Part shown: positions 61,275 to 64,000 of the stretch, piece by piece
Layout: every line of letters starts with the position of its first letter
Numbering within the stretch: position 1 is the stretch's first letter
Source of the DNA: an uncultured Colwellia sp.
Lineage (GTDB): Bacteria; Pseudomonadota; Gammaproteobacteria; Enterobacterales; Alteromonadaceae
Direction of reading: 5' to 3'
DNA length: 64,000 bases
NCBI GenBank assembly: GCA_913058245.1
Contig: CAJXQJ010000014.1
Span: forward strand, 8,535 to 72,534
Notes under the pieces: generated by a model
What the model saw: only the letters and a program-made list of their open reading frames with translations
Told to the model about the DNA's origin: nothing
The model's database searches: none
Made by a program: the position numbers and the translations under genes

Positions 61275-61859
61275 TTAAGAATCAACTGCGCTTGTAATAT
61301 CATACAAAGTATAAGATAACGTTATGGTAGAAACATCTTCAGGTAAATCTGAGTCAACATAAAATTGCAAGCCCATCTCTACATCTTCACTTGCTTTTAA
61401 TGGCTGATTATTAAAACAAAAACATTCTATTTTTTGAAAATAAACAGCGGCTCTACCTGGTGATACTGAAGGTACAGCTTGACCAACAATATCACTTACC
61501 GATTCATTCTTAGCGTAAAACTTCACGACCTTTCGTTCACCTGGATGTACCTTCACTTCGTTAATCATTGGTTCAAACTTCCAAGGGATCCCCTTGGCTG
61601 TTCGAGTCAAAAATTGCACGGTAACCGTACGTTCAGTATCAATACTTGTGGCACTGTAACTAGCTGCCACATTTGAAGTTTTTCCATTTAACCCTGTGAT
61701 ATCACAAAACACGTCATATAACGGCACCATCGCAAAACCAAAGCCAAACATACCAAACACAATTAGCATCAGCTTTTTAACTGTTTTTTGCACCGATGCA
61801 TCTTTAGCATTTGACTGCTCTTGATCAGGCTGCATTTTTTGCGATCCGCCGTTAGTCAT
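61275..61859 (-). CDS. ctaG: Cytochrome c oxidase assembly protein CtaG/Cox11
   Basis: VPLYDVFCDITG and KIECFCF motifs. Confidence 0.95.
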   Translation of the reverse strand: MTNGGSQKMQPDQEQSNAKDASVQKTVKKLMLIVFGMFGFGFAMVPLYDVFCDITGLNGKTSNVAASYSATSIDTERTVTVQFLTRTAKGIPWKFEPMINEVKVHPGERKVVKFYAKNESVSDIVGQAVPSVSPGRAAVYFQKIECFCFNNQPLKASEDVEMGLQFYVDSDLPEDVSTITLSYTLYDITSAVDS

Positions 61860-61870
61860 ATTCAATCCAA

Positions 61871-63475
61871 TTAATCAATTTTCGGTGGTTTTTCAAAAGT
61901 GTGATATGGCGCAGGGCTTGGCACTGTCCACTCTAGTCCTTCTGCACCATCCCAAGGTTTCGCTGAGGCTTTTTCACCACCTTTAATACACTTGATAACT
62001 AAAACCAAGAAAATTAATTGCGAAAGCCCAAAGGCAAACCCACCAATACTGACCCATTTATTAAAATCAGCAAATTGCAAAGCGTAATCAGGAATACGGC
62101 GAGGCATGCCTGCCAATCCTAAAAAGTGCATTGGGAAGAACAGTAAGTTGACCGAAACCAATGAACACCAAAAGTGCCATTTACTTAAGCTATCGTTATA
62201 CATATGCCCAGTCCATTTCGGTAGCCAGTAATATGCACCAGCAAAAATAGAAAATAAGGCACCTGTTACGAGTACATAGTGGAAATGAGCAACAACAAAG
62301 TAAGTGTCATGGTATTGGAAATCAACCGGTGTCATAGCTAGCATCAAGCCAGAGAAACCACCAATGGTAAATAGAATAACAAAGGCAATTGAAAACAACA
62401 TTGGGGTTTCAAAGCTAATTGCTCCACGCCACATAGTTGCTGCCCAGTTGAATACTTTCACTCCCGTAGGTACCGCAATTAGCATAGTACAGTACATAAA
62501 GAACAATTCACCAAACAAAGGCATACCTGTGGTAAACATATGATGTGCCCAAACGATGAAAGACAAGAAAGCAATCGACGCTGTTGCGTATACCATAGAG
62601 CTATAACCAAATAGCTTCTTACGAGAGAAAGCAGGAATGGTTGTAGACACAATACCAAATGCTGGCAAAATCATGATATAGACTTCAGGGTGCCCGAAGA
62701 ACCAGAAAATATGCTGGAACATTACCGGATCACCACCACCAGCAGCATCAAAGAAACTCGTGCCGAAATAAGTATCTGTTAATACCATAGTGACAGTTCC
62801 GGCGAGAACCGGCATAACCGCAATTAATAAGTAAGCGGTAATGAAGAATGTCCAAACAAACAATGGCATTTTCATATATGTCATGCCAGGAGCACGCATA
62901 TTCATGATAGTTACAACAATATTAATTGCACCCATAATTGAGGATATCCCCATAATATGAACAGCAAAAACAAAGAAGGCGGTACTACCGTTACTATAGG
63001 TTGTCGATAATGGTGCGTAGAATGTCCAACCAAAGTTTGGTGCACCACTTTCCATAAAGAAAGACGCTAATAAAATACTAAAAGCGAATGGTAGAATCCA
63101 AAAACTCCAGTTGTTTAATCGCGGTAGAGCCATATCTGGAGCACCTACCATCATAGGTAACATCCAGTTAGCTAAGCCTGTAAAGGCTGGCATGATGGCA
63201 CCAAAAACCATAATCAGACCATGTACAGTAGTCATTTGGTTAAAGAAGTCAGGCTCAACTATCTGTAATCCTGGTTGAAAAAGCTCGGCACGTATAACAA
63301 GTGCCATTGCCCCACCAGTTAAAAACATGATAAATGAGAACCATAAATATAGTGAACCAATATCTTTATGGTTTGTGGTATATAACCAGCGCTTAAGGCC
63401 AGTCATTTTATGATCGTGATGATCATCGCCATGTGAATCATGCTCTGATTGATCATTAATTGCATCTGTAGTCAT
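61871..63475 (-). CDS. coxA: Cytochrome c oxidase subunit I (A1 type)
   Basis: FGHPEVYI, WAHH and VAHFHY motifs. Confidence 0.98.
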   Translation of the reverse strand: MTTDAINDQSEHDSHGDDHHDHKMTGLKRWLYTTNHKDIGSLYLWFSFIMFLTGGAMALVIRAELFQPGLQIVEPDFFNQMTTVHGLIMVFGAIMPAFTGLANWMLPMMVGAPDMALPRLNNWSFWILPFAFSILLASFFMESGAPNFGWTFYAPLSTTYSNGSTAFFVFAVHIMGISSIMGAINIVVTIMNMRAPGMTYMKMPLFVWTFFITAYLLIAVMPVLAGTVTMVLTDTYFGTSFFDAAGGGDPVMFQHIFWFFGHPEVYIMILPAFGIVSTTIPAFSRKKLFGYSSMVYATASIAFLSFIVWAHHMFTTGMPLFGELFFMYCTMLIAVPTGVKVFNWAATMWRGAISFETPMLFSIAFVILFTIGGFSGLMLAMTPVDFQYHDTYFVVAHFHYVLVTGALFSIFAGAYYWLPKWTGHMYNDSLSKWHFWCSLVSVNLLFFPMHFLGLAGMPRRIPDYALQFADFNKWVSIGGFAFGLSQLIFLVLVIKCIKGGEKASAKPWDGAEGLEWTVPSPAPYHTFEKPPKID

Positions 63476-63487
63476 TATAACGCCTCC

Positions 63488-64000
63488 CTACTTCGCACTA
63501 GCAGCAACATCTGCTGGCTGGACTAAATCACCGGTATTATTTCCCCAAGCATTACGCTCATAGGTAACTACCGCGGCAATTTGCGTTTTCGTTAATTGGC
63601 CGCCAAAAGCTGCCATCGATGGATTTTTCTTGCTACCGTTTACGACCATATCAATATGTGTAGCAACATCACCTTTGACAATCGCACTATCTTTTAGTCC
63701 TGGGAATACTGGAGCCATACCTTCGCCACTCGCTTGATGGCAAGCAACGCAGGCACTCATATAAACTTTTTCGCCCATACTCATCAATTCATCTTGAGTG
63801 TAAACTTTAGACAAATCTTCTTCAGGAATAACTTTCGCAACATCTTCTTTTATTTCTGCTACTGCTACTGCGTCTTTTACCGTATCAGTTGCACTTTCAA
63901 TAGCACCACCAACAGCAGCTTTAACATCAGAGGCTTGAACGGCGTCACCGGTATTATTACCCCAAGCATTTCGTTCATACGTTACAACAGCAGCAATTTC
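63488..64000 (-). CDS. coxB: Cytochrome c oxidase subunit II, 3' part with tandem cytochrome c domains; runs off the right edge
   Basis: The frame stays open to 64000. Contains CVACH, and IAAVVTYERNAWGNNTGD occurs twice; directly upstream of coxA. Confidence 0.88.
   Translation of the reverse strand, partial: EIAAVVTYERNAWGNNTGDAVQASDVKAAVGGAIESATDTVKDAVAVAEIKEDVAKVIPEEDLSKVYTQDELMSMGEKVYMSACVACHQASGEGMAPVFPGLKDSAIVKGDVATHIDMVVNGSKKNPSMAAFGGQLTKTQIAAVVTYERNAWGNNTGDLVQPADVAASAK

Noticed and set aside
803-62543. Many short antisense or overlapping ORFs in the track (e.g. 2234-2560, 4600-4986, 6899-7309, 13410-13748, 32362-32763, 38092-38565)
   Set aside because: They are shadow frames of well-supported genes and have no recognisable motifs.
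1-64000. CRISPR arrays, tRNA/rRNA genes, integron attC arrays, retron or DGR reverse transcriptases
   Set aside because: No regularly spaced repeats, RNA-gene signatures or RT motifs were seen by eye. Short ncRNAs could have been missed without covariance-model searches.

Overview
AT-rich gammaproteobacterial chromosome segment, most consistent with Colwelliaceae/Alteromonadales (inferred from gene order and protein style). The backbone is mostly housekeeping: arginine cluster (argE divergent from argC-B-F-G-H(A)-A), dam/damX-like/aroB/aroK, type IV pilus pilMNOPQ, mrcA, pckA, ompR-envZ, a TonB receptor with a Fur-like box, yceH, yicC, a GMC oxidoreductase operon, rph-pyrE, bioH-comF-nfuA, and an aa3-type cytochrome oxidase cluster cut off at the right edge. 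Three accessory patches lie between about 33.9 and 45.3 kb. (1) A lone EVE/PUA-HNH nuclease resembling modification-dependent restriction enzymes. (2) A decayed ~2.3 kb island at the yicC 3' end, bounded by a 21-bp imperfect direct repeat whose two copies both encode QIQNIE-stop, carrying an SGNH lipoprotein and a broken IS3. (3) An islet with an intact NACHT NTPase gene, a frameshifted tyrosine-recombinase remnant missing from the ORF track, a GC hairpin resembling a rolling-circle origin, and a perfect 16-8-16 lox-like palindrome. No rRNA, tRNA or CRISPR array was seen. All assignments come from reading motifs by eye; no searches were run.
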